Assembly (NCBI RefSeq): GCF_009914755.1 | Contig: NC_060931.1 | Source of the DNA: the human T2T-CHM13v2.0 reference genome, Homo sapiens | Strand: one strand, 5' to 3' | DNA length: 64,000 nt | In this document: piece by piece, positions 10,880 through 24,404 of the stretch | Layout of the letters: each line of letters opens with the position of its first letter | Numbering within the stretch: the first letter of the stretch is position 1 | The notes under the pieces: generated by a model | The model's input: only the letters and a program-made list of their open reading frames with translations | Told to the model about the DNA's origin: nothing | Databases searched by the model: none | Made by a program: the position numbers and the translations under genes

Positions 10880-13800
10880 ATTACTGCCAGAGCCTTCTAA
10901 CTTCTCTGCACCCACTCCAGTCTAGCTGAGGCCTGAGGAATAGATGGATAAATAACAGTATCTGAGACCTGCTGTTGGTGTATGTTAAATGTTCTTTAAA
11001 AAGCGTCAACCATCCCCAACACACGACTCTCCTGAAAGGGAAAGGTATGCGGGTTTGCAGAGGAGGGGAGAGTTGGGTGGGTGACGACGGTCTCAGAATG
11101 TGACTCTAGAGAAATCATTTCATCTCTGTTGGAAAGTCCTTGTTTCACTTGCATTGTGTTTTAAGGCTGGGAAGGGGTAGACACTGAGCTCTTTCTAATG
11201 CCAAGCCTTCATCAGAAAGCAGCTGTAATATAGAAAAAATGCTTTGCCTAATCCTGTTTTCATGATGGTTTCTAGGCAACCGCTTGATGCAAACTAGTTT
11301 GTAAACAGCTGGCAGCTAGATAACCAAGAGAAAAAGGGGCACTTAAAACAGACGGTCAAACAAAGATCTGCAGAAGGGAAAGGCATCATCATGGGTTTTT
11401 CACACAGCCCAGTAAGATCACAAGGTCCTGTAACCTCTCCAGGAGGGAAAAGCAGCAGGGGTGTGTGAGCTGTAAACCTGGAAGAATAAACAGCACTCTC
11501 CTGATGAATCACAGGGAAAGAGAAATTCTTCATGTCATTCTTCACGGAGGAGACAAGATCAAAATTTTGAGAGGCTACCTCTCTGCATGGGTTTCTGTCT
11601 GGTATTCTGAAGTTCCACAAACATAAGTAGAGTCCTGCCCTTTGACCTTGAGATACAGGTTGTACCTGTCCTGTCTACGCATGAGGGATAACTAAAATGA
11701 CAACTGAAATTGTGAAATGACCCACAGCATTTAATGATCACCGAGAACAAAAGTGTAGGATCTTAGTGCTTGTTTACATTTGGCTTGAATTGTGTATTAT
11801 TTTTCCTGAAAAAGAAAGACTAGTAATCCTAGGGACATAATCCACAGCTTACAAATACTCTTGCTCTTGCAGGTGGTGACAGCAGATAGCTACCCAGAAG
11901 TAGGGGTGGACCCAGGCAGGGGGCAGGGGGCTAGGGATCCTCTCAGAGGTTCCTGTTTGCTCCCTGTTCTAACTATAATGGCCACGGCTTTCTATTTTCA
12001 GAAAACTTTTAGCAAAAAGGAAAGAACCACAAAGAAATCATCAGGAGCACTGCAGGCAGCACACATTTAAGCTCTATAAAGGCAGCTTATGCTTGCGTCC
12101 AAACTACCCTAGGAGCACTCCTATTTTTTAAAATGAATAACTTTGTGTTGCCAAACTCCCCAGGTCCACCACATGTAAAGTTTATCTGTAACAGCAGCCT
12201 AAAGAGTTTGGAATGCTCATGGTATTGTCTGGCCATGAGAGAGGAGGTAAGAGGAGAAGAGGAAGGCATGGAGGCTAGAAAGTAGGAAGACCAGCTGCCC
12301 CAGTTGCCTCAGACTTTTCTGGTTGTAAAGTTCCACATCCTGGGATATCTCTCAGTCCCACAGAAGTCGGAACAACTGCCCAACCTACAAAGGAATAGAA
12401 AGAAGACTACAAACGTTGCCTAAGCACAAGTGTAATTAGTCACTCAAGACTCCCAGTGACTGAGAACCCAGACCCAAGAAACCAGGTCCTGTAACTGCCA
12501 GAGTCTGGGTTCTTATTTAACATAAAACTCTAAAGTTCCCTGGACAGAGCCACTGGTAGAGACACCATTCTCCCACCACGTTAACCTACATTTAAAAGTA
12601 AATAATGAATGACCATGATAAACCAATCACTCTCTTGACCCCTAATTCTCACCAGGCTGACCTTTTTATAAGTGGTTACAGATACGCTACTACTTCATCA
12701 TTAGAAACCCCCTGAAATCCTTGCCCATTTCCATCTTCAATGAGTACAGTAAGAATCCATCCAACAGGTATAGAAAAAGCACGTGTTCACAGACAGTTTC
12801 TCTAAGGAGCAAGCAGCAAAGCCCTGGTGGATTGAAGCTGGTCGCATCCTGGTTTGGTAAGCACCACAGGATGGGGGAGGGCGAAGATGGCAGTCTTATG
12901 ATTAGTTCTTCAGCACGGCCACCTCACTCCTCTCCCCTTAATCCCCACACGCCAAACTTACACGTCCGGTTCAGAAATACTCATGGAGTCTAGAAATATG
13001 TGTGAGGGCACTTGGCATTTTCACTTCTAATTTGTGATTCAATTATTGTTCTAATTGGAAGATAATCTGAAACAAACATAACTCAGAAAATAATTTAACA
13101 GGCACCCCTGAAATCCACCACCTCGACTTTTCAAATGTAAATCTGCAATCTTGGCCTCAAATTTTTGAAAAAGAACTGAAATATTACCAATAAAACTAAA
13201 ACCCACCTCAAAGAGGCAGATCTGAGCACCATCCTCTCCTTTTTATAAAGGCAGAAACTGAAGCTCGGAAAGATTAATATGCCTCGTGTTCCATTACTGG
13301 AACACTAAGCATGCGGGAGTTATTTATATCCTACTGCTCAAGGTCATCGCCAAGGTCTGATGTTTCATTCATGCAAAAATTCAAAAAATTACAACCTAAG
13401 GCATAAAGGGGTTAAATAACTTACCCCAGGATGTATGGGGACAGTCACTGGACACATTCAAGTCCTAGTCTTCCTTGCTGCAAGTAAAATTTCTCTCAGT
13501 GGGTACCTTTCAATCACTTGAAATCACTCATACTTTGATGTTTAAAACACTAGCTAAGGCACTTAATTTCAGGTCTCAGATTTTGCTGCCACTTGTGTTA
13601 CTAGGCACCAGGTATTTGGTGGCAAGACAGAACCATCAGTTTGCCTCAGGAATGTAAGACTTTGAATCAGAGAAGACCCAAAGGCCTTCTAATTATTTAT
13701 AAACAGTTGTTTCCCACTTACAAGTGGAAATAAAATTAAAAAGCACAAACCGAGTGAGACGAATAAGCTATAAGGAGTAGAATACAATTTCAATCTAATT

Positions 13801-15400
13801 GAACATTTTCATTATAGAGCATTTTCAAATAAGTGTTTAGTCAATTTACTTTAGAGAGCATCTCAGGTCAGTGTCTGGTTTAAATTCCAACTACCACTCT
13901 TGCCAGAAGAAAATCGTTTCGCAGTGTTAGCAGTGGACAGTAATACCCGGGTTTCCTCCCCAGTGCAAGTTTCCAGTAATAGAATTAATTTGAAGTCAAT
14001 TTCTTCTAAATCAAATCTGAGCTCTCTCTTATTCACAAAAGCTCCTAAGCCCACCTGAGCTGCTTTCAAACTGCCATTGCACTCTCTACCTTCCATCTTT
14101 CAGGTCCTGGCAATCCTTCACACGGACAGCCATGCCGAATATTTCTCGAGAAGCCAGCAGCCCAGGTAAGCCATATTGAAACAGCACAATTTAACAATGA
14201 TAGTTATTTTACTTTAACTTGAATTTCACAATCCAGGTTCTGAATTCTTTGAGTTGGGCAAACATTTGCGATTGCTAGCATACAGCATAAGGCCCCACCT
14301 AAAAGAGTTAGACCATTCAGACAGGTGAAACAACATTCCGCACAGAGCTAGGTGAATCTGTTCACCTTTTTCTAGAAAAAGGGATTTGTCACTTACAGGA
14401 AAGTAGGCAAATTCAATTAACCCAGTAGTGAAGAGCTACTTTTAGAGCTGAACAGCATTTCCTTTTGTCAAACAGAGGCCTTTTAGAAAAGCAGTGTGTG
14501 TGGATTTAATCCAATGCCCCCCACCCCCCAGTGTACATTAAAACTCATAAAATGTTTTGTCTTTTCTTCTTCGGCCTCTCCACTCCACTGGGTTCCCACT
14601 CTGGTCTAGTCAGATGTAATGACGACGTGGAGTTCCCTGAACACAGCGCTCATCACTCCTCCCCATCTTGAACACAGGTTCCTACAGCCTGGAATTCCAC
14701 TTCCCTCCCTTCTCCACCTGGAAAACTGCTACTTCCACAATCTAGCCTTTTTCCACTCACCCAGGAAATCATGTCACTAGGCACCCAAAGTGCACTCAAG
14801 GACTCACACATTTCCTTCTCTTAACACATTTACCACTTACTTTCTGCATTTTTTTTAAACCTATTTCTCTCTCTTCAAAGATGTGACTACAGGAATCTAC
14901 AATGCCTAGACATAACAGAAGGCAAATAAACACTTGAGAAATCCATTAACATCACAACCTCATTCCTTTCCCCACCGTCTGTACAGCATCCTGACTGTCC
15001 ACAGGGGTGCCTAATTATACAACCCCAAGTCCTCCTTCACCCTAGAATCTCCACTGGGCCCAGACTACTTCGCATCAGAAAAAAATACAGTAACTCCAAA
15101 CTCAACAACTAGGCCCAGCCCCTCAACTAGTAAAGAACTCTTAAACTTGAGAAGATGGATATTTTTTCTTCATTTTTAGAAAGTGAAGAATATATTAATA
15201 ACCCAAATAATTCCTACTCCTTCCACTCAATTTACAGGCTTCACAAGTTTTCTTCAAAGAACGCACCTGTAAGAAAGAAGACTGGCTGTACAAGAAGAGT
15301 GGTAAATGCAATGACATTTATCTCTTTCCTCTGCTAAGGTATTAATTCATCAATAAGCAAAAACACTTCAGATGCATTCCTACTAATTTTTGCTGTATCA
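10880..15400 (+). ncRNA. Candidate antisense lncRNA exon chain (possibly CREB3L2-AS1); ends approximate
   Basis: Plus-strand donor AAG|GTATGC at 11045, acceptor at 11872 with donor GAG|GTAAGA at 12247, a clean 62-nt exon at 14104-14165 (ttccatctttcag ... CAG|GTAAGC), and an acceptor at 15237. I recall an annotated antisense RNA in this intron but cannot verify it. Confidence 0.45.
13278..13411 (+). mobile_element. MER85 (piggyBac/PGBD3-derived MITE) inserted in a MIR
   Basis: TTAA target duplications at 13274-13277 and 13412-13415. The body gttccattactggaacactaagcatgcgggagttatttatatcctactgctcaaggtcatcgccaaggtctga...ggcataaagggg matches MER85. The flanks rejoin into MIR (gaaactgaagctcggaaagaTTAAataacttacccc). 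Confidence 0.88.
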
Positions 15401-15781
15401 CAGGGTGGAAGACTGTTTGGTCCCAAGGGAATAATGGCTACAATCTAGGACCTCCTCCCAGAAGGCAGGAACATTGTGTCTGGCGTGTTCCGTCCTAGGC
15501 CTGGCCCACTGAAGTCCCAGGAGCTGTTCAACTGAATCAGTCACTTTCTAGTTTTCCCCTAAATCCAGGTCATCACTGTTCCTAATTTCCATGGTCACCA
15601 AGGGAAACAGGCAGCTCCCTGACTCATGCAATTCCCTGGGGTCAGTCCTCAGTGGGAAGAGAGTAGAGTTTACAGGCCAGAAGTCAATTTGAACAGTTCA
15701 CACTACCCAAGGCACACAAGCCCAAGGCTATGCGTAACAAACTTGATGGCCCAACACAAGTTAGAACTCAGGTAAAATTCA

Positions 15782-16195
<414 letters not shown>

Positions 16196-16629
16196 TTAAG
16201 GGCAGGCCCTTTCTCCCATGTCTCACTTTCTGCATCAAAGACAACAAATAAGCTGCTCTTGATCCAGGGCCACCTGAAGAGCCTCTAGTGAGGTCACCAG
16301 CTAACACTTCCTCATTCTGCCTGACCACTGCTTAGACACAGGTGAGTGGATCTGGTCAGGATTAAATCCAAGGAAGGTCCAGTGCAGTCAGGATCAATCC
16401 TCTGGCGCCAACACTTCACACACTTGAGATCTGTCTGCAACACAAGGGATGTAAAAACTTAAGTAATTCTTTTCAGTCTTCAAAATGCCGAGTCACTTTT
16501 AAAGAGACTAACATTAAAGCAGAAGTTACTACAGTATGTGTGTATGTCTGTCTCATGTCTGAGAAGGAACCTATTGACTCCAAGAGACCAGAATTGACTT
16601 GTTAATGAGGACTGTAGAGTCCCCACCTA

Positions 16630-17115
16630 AGGAGGATTGTGAAAATGGCCTCAATGCTTGGCAGGTCCTCCCATGAAGAGGTGATGTCTATTTCTCTGCT
16701 CTTTGATTCTGCAATGGCATTTCGAGTTGCTTTGGCCAACACAATGAAGTAAAGTATAACTGTCCAAGTTCTGAAACTGGGCCCCAAGAGTCTTTGGCAC
16801 TTCCAGTCTCCCTCCTGGAACCTTCAGCTGCCATCTGAACAAGACAGGACTAGTCTCTGGGTAATGAGTGACCCCCAAGGTCCATATTCCCCACCATTCC
16901 CTTTCTCTATCACCCCAGCTGATCGCCACCCATTCCCTAGAAGCAGAGCTGGCTGACCAGCACCTGAGCACAGACTCATAGGTGAACCCAGCTGAAACCA
17001 GCAGAAGAAAAGTCCATCTGAGCCCAGTCCAAATTGCTGGTTCACAGAATTGCAGGCTAAATAAATGATGGTGGTTTTAAGCCACTAAGTTGTATGGTGA
17101 TTTGTTATGTAGCAA
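16630..17115 (+). mobile_element. MLT1G/H-like MaLR LTR
   Basis: Contains ttgctttggccaa and the 3' motif ttttaagccactaagt...tttgttatgtagcaa. Confidence 0.7.
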
Positions 17116-17574
17116 AACCTTAAACACCATTCCCAAAAACGTTTTGGGAGAGAAGACATGACCATATGTTGAAAAGACATTCAACTCTGTGAAGACAGGG
17201 AGCCCAATCAATGATTTCTCAAACATTCTACAAACCAGGGTAAAAGAAAGCATGATGAGAATCAAAGTATAATAACCGAATTAAATTATCCGAAGTAAAC
17301 TGCATCCTTTGCCATCCGGCGAGGAAAGTACGTGCAATATTTAGAAAATGTAAGGTAATGTAATTACTGGTTCACCAGTACAACAGAAAGTTGAGTGATA
17401 AAATACTTATTTACCTCAGTAACTTTTCACTTTCACTCTCTTCCCTTTATTTTTCAGAGGTCTACTTTCCATGTTCCCATTCCCTAGTTTTTAGAATTCT
17501 CATGGCTTCATGTCTCCATTGTACTCCTCTAGCAAAAACAGAAGCAGCAGTAGCTTCCACTAATGGAGGCACTT

Positions 17575-17810
17575 TACTAGGTGCTTTTAACATCTAGTAA
17601 AAAATATATAATTCTCATTATATAGTGAATTATCATAACCAACCCCTTAGATAAGTAATAATTAGACCCATTTTATAGGGCAGTAAACCAAGGCTCAGAG
17701 AGGTTAAGTAACTTGCCAAGAACATGTGGTTTGCATGTGCTGGAGCTAGAATTTAAACCACCATCTGTCTGGTTACATAGCTCATGAATTTTCCATTATC
17801 TAACACTGCC
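17575..17810 (+). mobile_element. MIR
   Basis: cccattttatag...aggctcagagaggttaagtaacttgcc. Confidence 0.8.
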
Positions 17811-18274
17811 TCTGAGGAGTAAGTGCTAAGTTCGTAACATAGACTTTCCATAAGAATGCAAGCTTAAAATACAGTGACTATAAGTAAATGCAGAATAAAT
17901 ACATATGTGTGTGTTTATACATACACACATGCACACACACACAGGGGGGTGGGGAGAGAGAAAATAAAAGAAAGAAGTAATTGTGAAAACTCAAATTCCG
18001 TCAAAAGAGAATATTAGTGATTTTGTCCAAAGCCTTTCCAAGGCTTAGAGAGAGAATCAGGAATATATAACAGTTAGGGTCAGTGGGATATTAGCCTGGA
18101 AGTATCTAATAAAAGACAACATTGGATCAATTACCTCTGGCTCTAAAGCACATACCTGGAAAGACATCCACAGGGGAACCATCTGAAATTCAATTAATTA
18201 ACTGTGCATATTTTGAACAGTTTTGCCATAGTACAACTACTACAGAAGCACGTGTTTTATTTCATTTAAATTAA

Positions 18275-18687
<413 letters not shown>

Positions 18688-19999
18688 TAAATTTACTTCC
18701 TTCCTCCAAATTATAAACTGGGGGGTGGGGGGTGGGGGACATGAGAACATTAAAATTTTTCATTTGTCCTCAATTTTCTCAATGTAAATGAATTTGCTCA
18801 GTGTCCTTGCAGTCAAGCCAGCATATAATTAAGTGGCAGTTTGGAGGAAAGTACGTATGTCTCTGAATTGAAATTGGGGAAGGAACATCATGGGGGCCCT
18901 CCCCCTGCACAGTCAAAGCACAGGCTGAGTCAGGCTTTCTCTCCTTGAGTCAGTTGTTGCTCCCCACACCCAGGCAACCCAAACCTGGAAGAATCTCAGG
19001 CTTTCTCCTACTTCAGCCTCTCAGGCAGAGGCCCTTTATCCCACCTTTGCCATCACAGGATACAGACAGAATGCGTCTTCTGTGGATCCAACCTCTAGGC
19101 CTCAACTCTTCCTGTCATTTTGGGGGTCCCTCCCCTGTGGCATCTCTTGTCCTCCCCTCCCCATTTCTATGCCAGACAGTCCTCTATCTTTCTCTCAGGT
19201 ACCTGTGGTCCCTAGGAAACAAAAGCTTTCCTTTTCCCACCCGGGGGGCACACCTCACAAGACTCTGATGGTCACCTTGGTCACTCCGCTCTAAGCTCTG
19301 CCCTTGGCAATTCTTCCATTCATCCTTTGCTGCTTCTTGAAAGATCTCTAGCCTACCCCAGGCCTTTCCTCCATGATCTCATGACCCATGCCCTCTTCAT
19401 GCCCAATGCTCAGTCTCTCCGTGGCAGGCCCCCTCACTTTTCTGAACCATGGGAACTTCTAGGAAGTTCTTCTAGGAACTCACACTGCTCCCCTGTGTCT
19501 CCATGAACCCAGCCTCCACTTCCTCTCCTAGCATCCCCTGCACCTCCACGCGCCTGCTCTGCTCTTCCCCATCTGCGACCCCACCGAAGTCAGGACCAAT
19601 GTCAGGAAACACTTGTAGAACAAGGGGGAAGACTCACTGAATGTTCACGTTGAAATGGACCCTGGTGGTTTTTAAGCGCAAATCCAGGGACACTAAACTC
19701 ATGAAGCAGCACAGACCATTGCTTGGGCGACTTGAATTCTAAAGCTGCCATACACTGAACTAAAAGCTGTCTCTTGGTACCTTTCACTAGATGGCCATGG
19801 CTCTGACTTTGGAACTGTTCCCTTAAAGCATTGGAAGGCTGTCATCAAGAAGGATCCTGAGTGTGTATTCCCAGATCTTGTCCCTCCTCTACTCAAATCC
19901 TGAATCTCATCAGGATGAACAAAGGGTTTCTAGGCCCCCTTTCTCTGCCCTCTCACCTTGAGCTTCTTCCCGCACCATCCTCCTTCCCCTTCCCTGAGG

Positions 20000-20395
20000 G
20001 ATCTCTGCTACAGGCACACTTGCCTCTCCCAGCTCCAGCACACACCCTGGGGAACCACTTTTGCCAGCCATCTGGGCTGATTGCACCTTCACTGCCCCCA
20101 GACTCAAATACCACAACATCAGGCAGGACTCCCCACCACCCTGTGTAAGCCAGTCAGAGCCTCCCACCCCCCACCAGCATTCTCTTACCCCATCGTGGTT
20201 TATTGTTCTCCATAACATGAATCGCCCCCTAAGAAATTACATGTATGTTTGCTTCCGATCTCCTGCACTACACATGAGTTCCATGGGGGCCGAACGTTTG
20301 TCTACTTGATTCACTGCTACAACAGCACCCAGAACACAGTACCTGGCACAAAGTGGGTGCAGTGCTCTGTATGTATATATCAATAAATGAATTCC
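20000..20395. mobile_element. L2 fragment
   Basis: ttgattcactgct...agcacccagaacacagtacctggcaca...gtgctc...ataaatgaat. Confidence 0.55.
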
Positions 20396-21502
20396 CACTC
20401 CCTTCCATCCTCGCACTCATCCCCCAGCACACACAAACCTCTTTGCTTTCTCTCTGCATTCACTGGTCTGCATATCCAGCTTTCCTAAACAGCAAGGTGA
20501 TTTTGGATACTGATCTGACATCTGACATCCCAGCAGTCCCTCTCAGCTTTGGGGCCCTTGGATCTTCATGAAGATGTCTCCCTCCTTCTTCATCTCACTC
20601 AACCAGCCCCCCTCCTTCACGTTCCTTCTGGATCCCAAGCCTGCAACGCCTGGAAAGTCTAGATAAGGGTTATGGTCTATGTCATCCTCAGATATGCTGA
20701 TAAAAAGGCTGAGCAAACAGAGCTCATTTAAAGATCCCCCTCTCCGGAGGCTCTAAGCCAGAATTTACCTGCTCTTCAGGACCTCTTAGCAAGTCCCTGT
20801 TCCCACTTAGTCAGCACTGCTTTCTTCCTATTCACAAAGGATCTCTTTAATAACCAGCTCCACCAGTTTTCCAGGTATTAATGTCAAGCTTTTCCCTTTT
20901 CAAAAACCAGTACGGTATTCACTTCTTTCTAGTTTTCAGGCACCTCGTACTTGACTTTGTTAGTCCTTAAACTGATTTCTAATTCACGCCATTTTGTATT
21001 TATCCTAAGGTAAACATCAATCTTTCTAGCTTCTGGATACATTATTTTAAATTCTGAGCAAAATGTCTCTAGTCACTCTCTGGTATCATGATCCACCCCT
21101 CCCATCTTTGTTTTTATTGTTCATTTTTACTGGATTAAATTTAAATGTTTTTCTAACTTCCTCCTTCACGAACTGTATTTATATTAGAGTCTCTGGCCAT
21201 GGAGCTTACCTAATTTTCCCCCAGGATCTTTTGAAATCTTGAAATCCTCTTCCCTAAATTGCCGAAGCAGGGATAATTATGTCCAGGGATAATTATGTCA
21301 AGCCAAACTTGATTTGTTTTTATAAGTTTAAAAATAGTTATTGCCTTTTTTATTTTGGTGTTTTTTTTTAAACAACTTATTTTGTTCAATGTTAGGATAG
21401 TATTTGACATATCTGTTGAAGAAAGAAAGAAAAAATAGAAATGAACAAATGATGACAACACCAAAGTAAGAATGTATCACAATCTGTTTTCAGCTGAAAT
21501 AA

Positions 21503-21883
<381 letters not shown>

Positions 21884-22250
21884 ACCCTTGCTTAACCCAC
21901 TAGCATGTCTCTGGCTCCCAAAACACTTGTCACTACCAAATCAATCATGTGTTTCGACAGGGGAATGTTTTCCTCCGTGTTTAGCCTTTTGAGCACTCAG
22001 CATCTAGACTAAAGCACCCAAGGCTATTGACCCATCAAATACAAAAATGTTAAGCCATCTAGAAAAACCAGATCATTCAGTTAAAGGCTTTCTTTGTGCC
22101 TCCTGCACTCCCACAAAGATGGGGAGGGAACAAGCATGATATGCAAGGTAATCAATATTGAACAATCCAATATTGAAAACAAACGGACTGCTTTCAAATT
22201 CTTTAAATTCTACCATTCTTTTCAAATTATAGAGAGTCATAATCCAGTAG

Positions 22251-22591
22251 TGATATGGTTTGGCTTTGTTCCCACCCAAATCTCACCTTGAATTGAGCTC
22301 CCATAATTCCCACATGTTGTGGGAGGGACCTGGAAGGAGATAATTGAATGATGGAGGCGGTTTCACCCATACTGTTCTCATGGTAGTGAATACATCTCAT
22401 GAGATCTGATGGTTTTATAAGGGGAAACCTCTTTTGCTTGGCTCTCAATTATCTCGTCTGCCACCACGTAAGACGTGCCTTTTGCCTTCCGCCAACCACG
22501 TGGAATTGTGAGTCCATGAAACCTCTTTTTCTTTATAAATTACCCAGACTCAGGTATGTCTTTATCAGCAGCGTAAGAACAGACTAATACA
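22251..22591 (+). mobile_element. THE1 (B/C-like) solo LTR
   Basis: TGATATGGTTTGG...ACTAATACA with a perfect TSD AGTAG. Confidence 0.92.
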
Positions 22592-23395
22592 AGTAGTGAC
22601 CAAACTCTAGTTCTACTACAGAGATTGTCCAACCGGGGAAACAAAATAGATAAAGAAACTGCCCATAAGGTAACATTCTAAATTCAACTATCTCTAAAGC
22701 CAGAGTTAGATCAAGGGACAGGATAGTGCTCAAACTGTTGCCAACTCCAGTAATTACTGCTTCCTCAGATTACTTACGATTTTTCTATAAACAGAAATTT
22801 AGTCTGTCTCCTTCTGTCTTTCAAACACGCAGTATCAACACACATGCGCACAAATATATTTACACTCGTTGAGGAAAACATGGCCAAAAAGACAGAAACG
22901 TGAACTTTTGCTAGTTTAAGCATTCCATTTTTTCCCTTAGGATAATTAAATCGAATCAATGACAAAAGCCCCTTGATTGTGAGGCTTTGCAATCTACATC
23001 TGAAATATCAGAATATTGTTAATATTAAAATGTTAATAGAACACACAGGTGAGTAGACCAATGCTATTGGTTCTTCTGGAATACTTCCTTAAGTTATTTT
23101 ACAAAGAACCCTGGTCTCAGGAAGCACTGATTAAAGTTTCAAGGAAGTGACACAGCCCATGTTATAAGCAAGGACATAGAAAGCCCTAGGTTCTCCAGCC
23201 AAACACTGCAACTATCTGCAAAGCTCTCTCTTCTACGGTAAAGAGAGTTGACCAGGGTAACGTCCACTCAAAATCCCACTCCACTTAAAACTATGGGATT
23301 CTATGCCTGAGGAGGAGCAAAACAAAGTGCTATTATTTATGTCAAAATGGGCAACTGGGAGAAACACCTACTGAATCTAGCCTCCTCCTCTAGGG

Positions 23396-23576
23396 CAGGA
23401 ATGCTTAAACCTGAGGGTGTATCACAATCACCTGGAGAGTTTATTAAAACACAATGGGTGCATCTCACCCTAGAGTTTCTAATTCAGTAGGTCTGCAGTG
23501 GGGCCCAAGAATATGTCTTTCTACCAAGTTCTCGTATGCTTTGCTGGTCCATAAAGCACACTCTGAGAACCACTGG
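23396..23576. mobile_element. MER5A (hAT-Charlie)
   Basis: aatcacctggagag...tctaattcagtaggtctg...ggcccaagaat...gagaaccactg. Confidence 0.8.
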
Positions 23577-24404
23577 TCTTCCAAAGAAGGAATCTGATGT
23601 TCACTGATGGCATCAAGGACTTAGGTGAACAGAAGTTGGGAGGGGCATCAAGACAGAGGAGCCAAAGAAGATACAGATCAGAGACAGGAAGTGCAAACAT
23701 GTGAAAAGTTATGAAATTCCTCCAGAGAGTGGAAAAATAAGGGCTAGTTGCATCTTCTTAAATTATATCCCACTATGTCTTACTGCATAATTTGTAAAAT
23801 AGATTATATGTTACTTGCTTACATACTTTAAAAAATTATGTCCAATAAGTTTGGATGGTAATGTGATGCACTTTCAGAAAGCAGGTTAAAAAAAGCAAAT
23901 TCAGTCAACAAAGAAAACTGTTAATACATTGGTGCTCCCTCCAGTGGCTCAGGGAGAAGGAGGAGCACTATCCTTGATATGGAATTGGAATATTTAAGAA
24001 GTGTATGTTGATCCTAGCCACGACTCAGATAGAAGGAAAGCTCAGAATAAGTTAATCTTTTGGATAAAAGAAGAAGATTACCTCACTTTTGACTACAGAC
24101 AGCTCAATTTGGAGATTTTACAAAGAACAGGAAATAACATATTTTGCCTCATGTTCACGCCTCTCAAATAAAAATAATAAGGAAATTTTAAAAAGAAAAA
24201 TCGTAGGTAGAAAGGAAGGACCTATGCCATATGAGAGTTCATCAAAGCTCCCCTGCAGTGGCTTACTGACAAGCTGCTAGAACTGTGCTTCTGAATCCTT
24301 GTCTCTGCCTCCATATAATACGCAGGAGCCGCATACTCCTCAAGGTAACACTCTCATTACACATGGATTCTCAAGTGTCTGGGAATGAGGGCATGGAAGG
24401 AGGG

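Noticed and set aside
21270-21300. 16-bp tandem duplication gggataattatgtc(c)a
   Set aside because: An ordinary slippage micro-duplication with no further structure.
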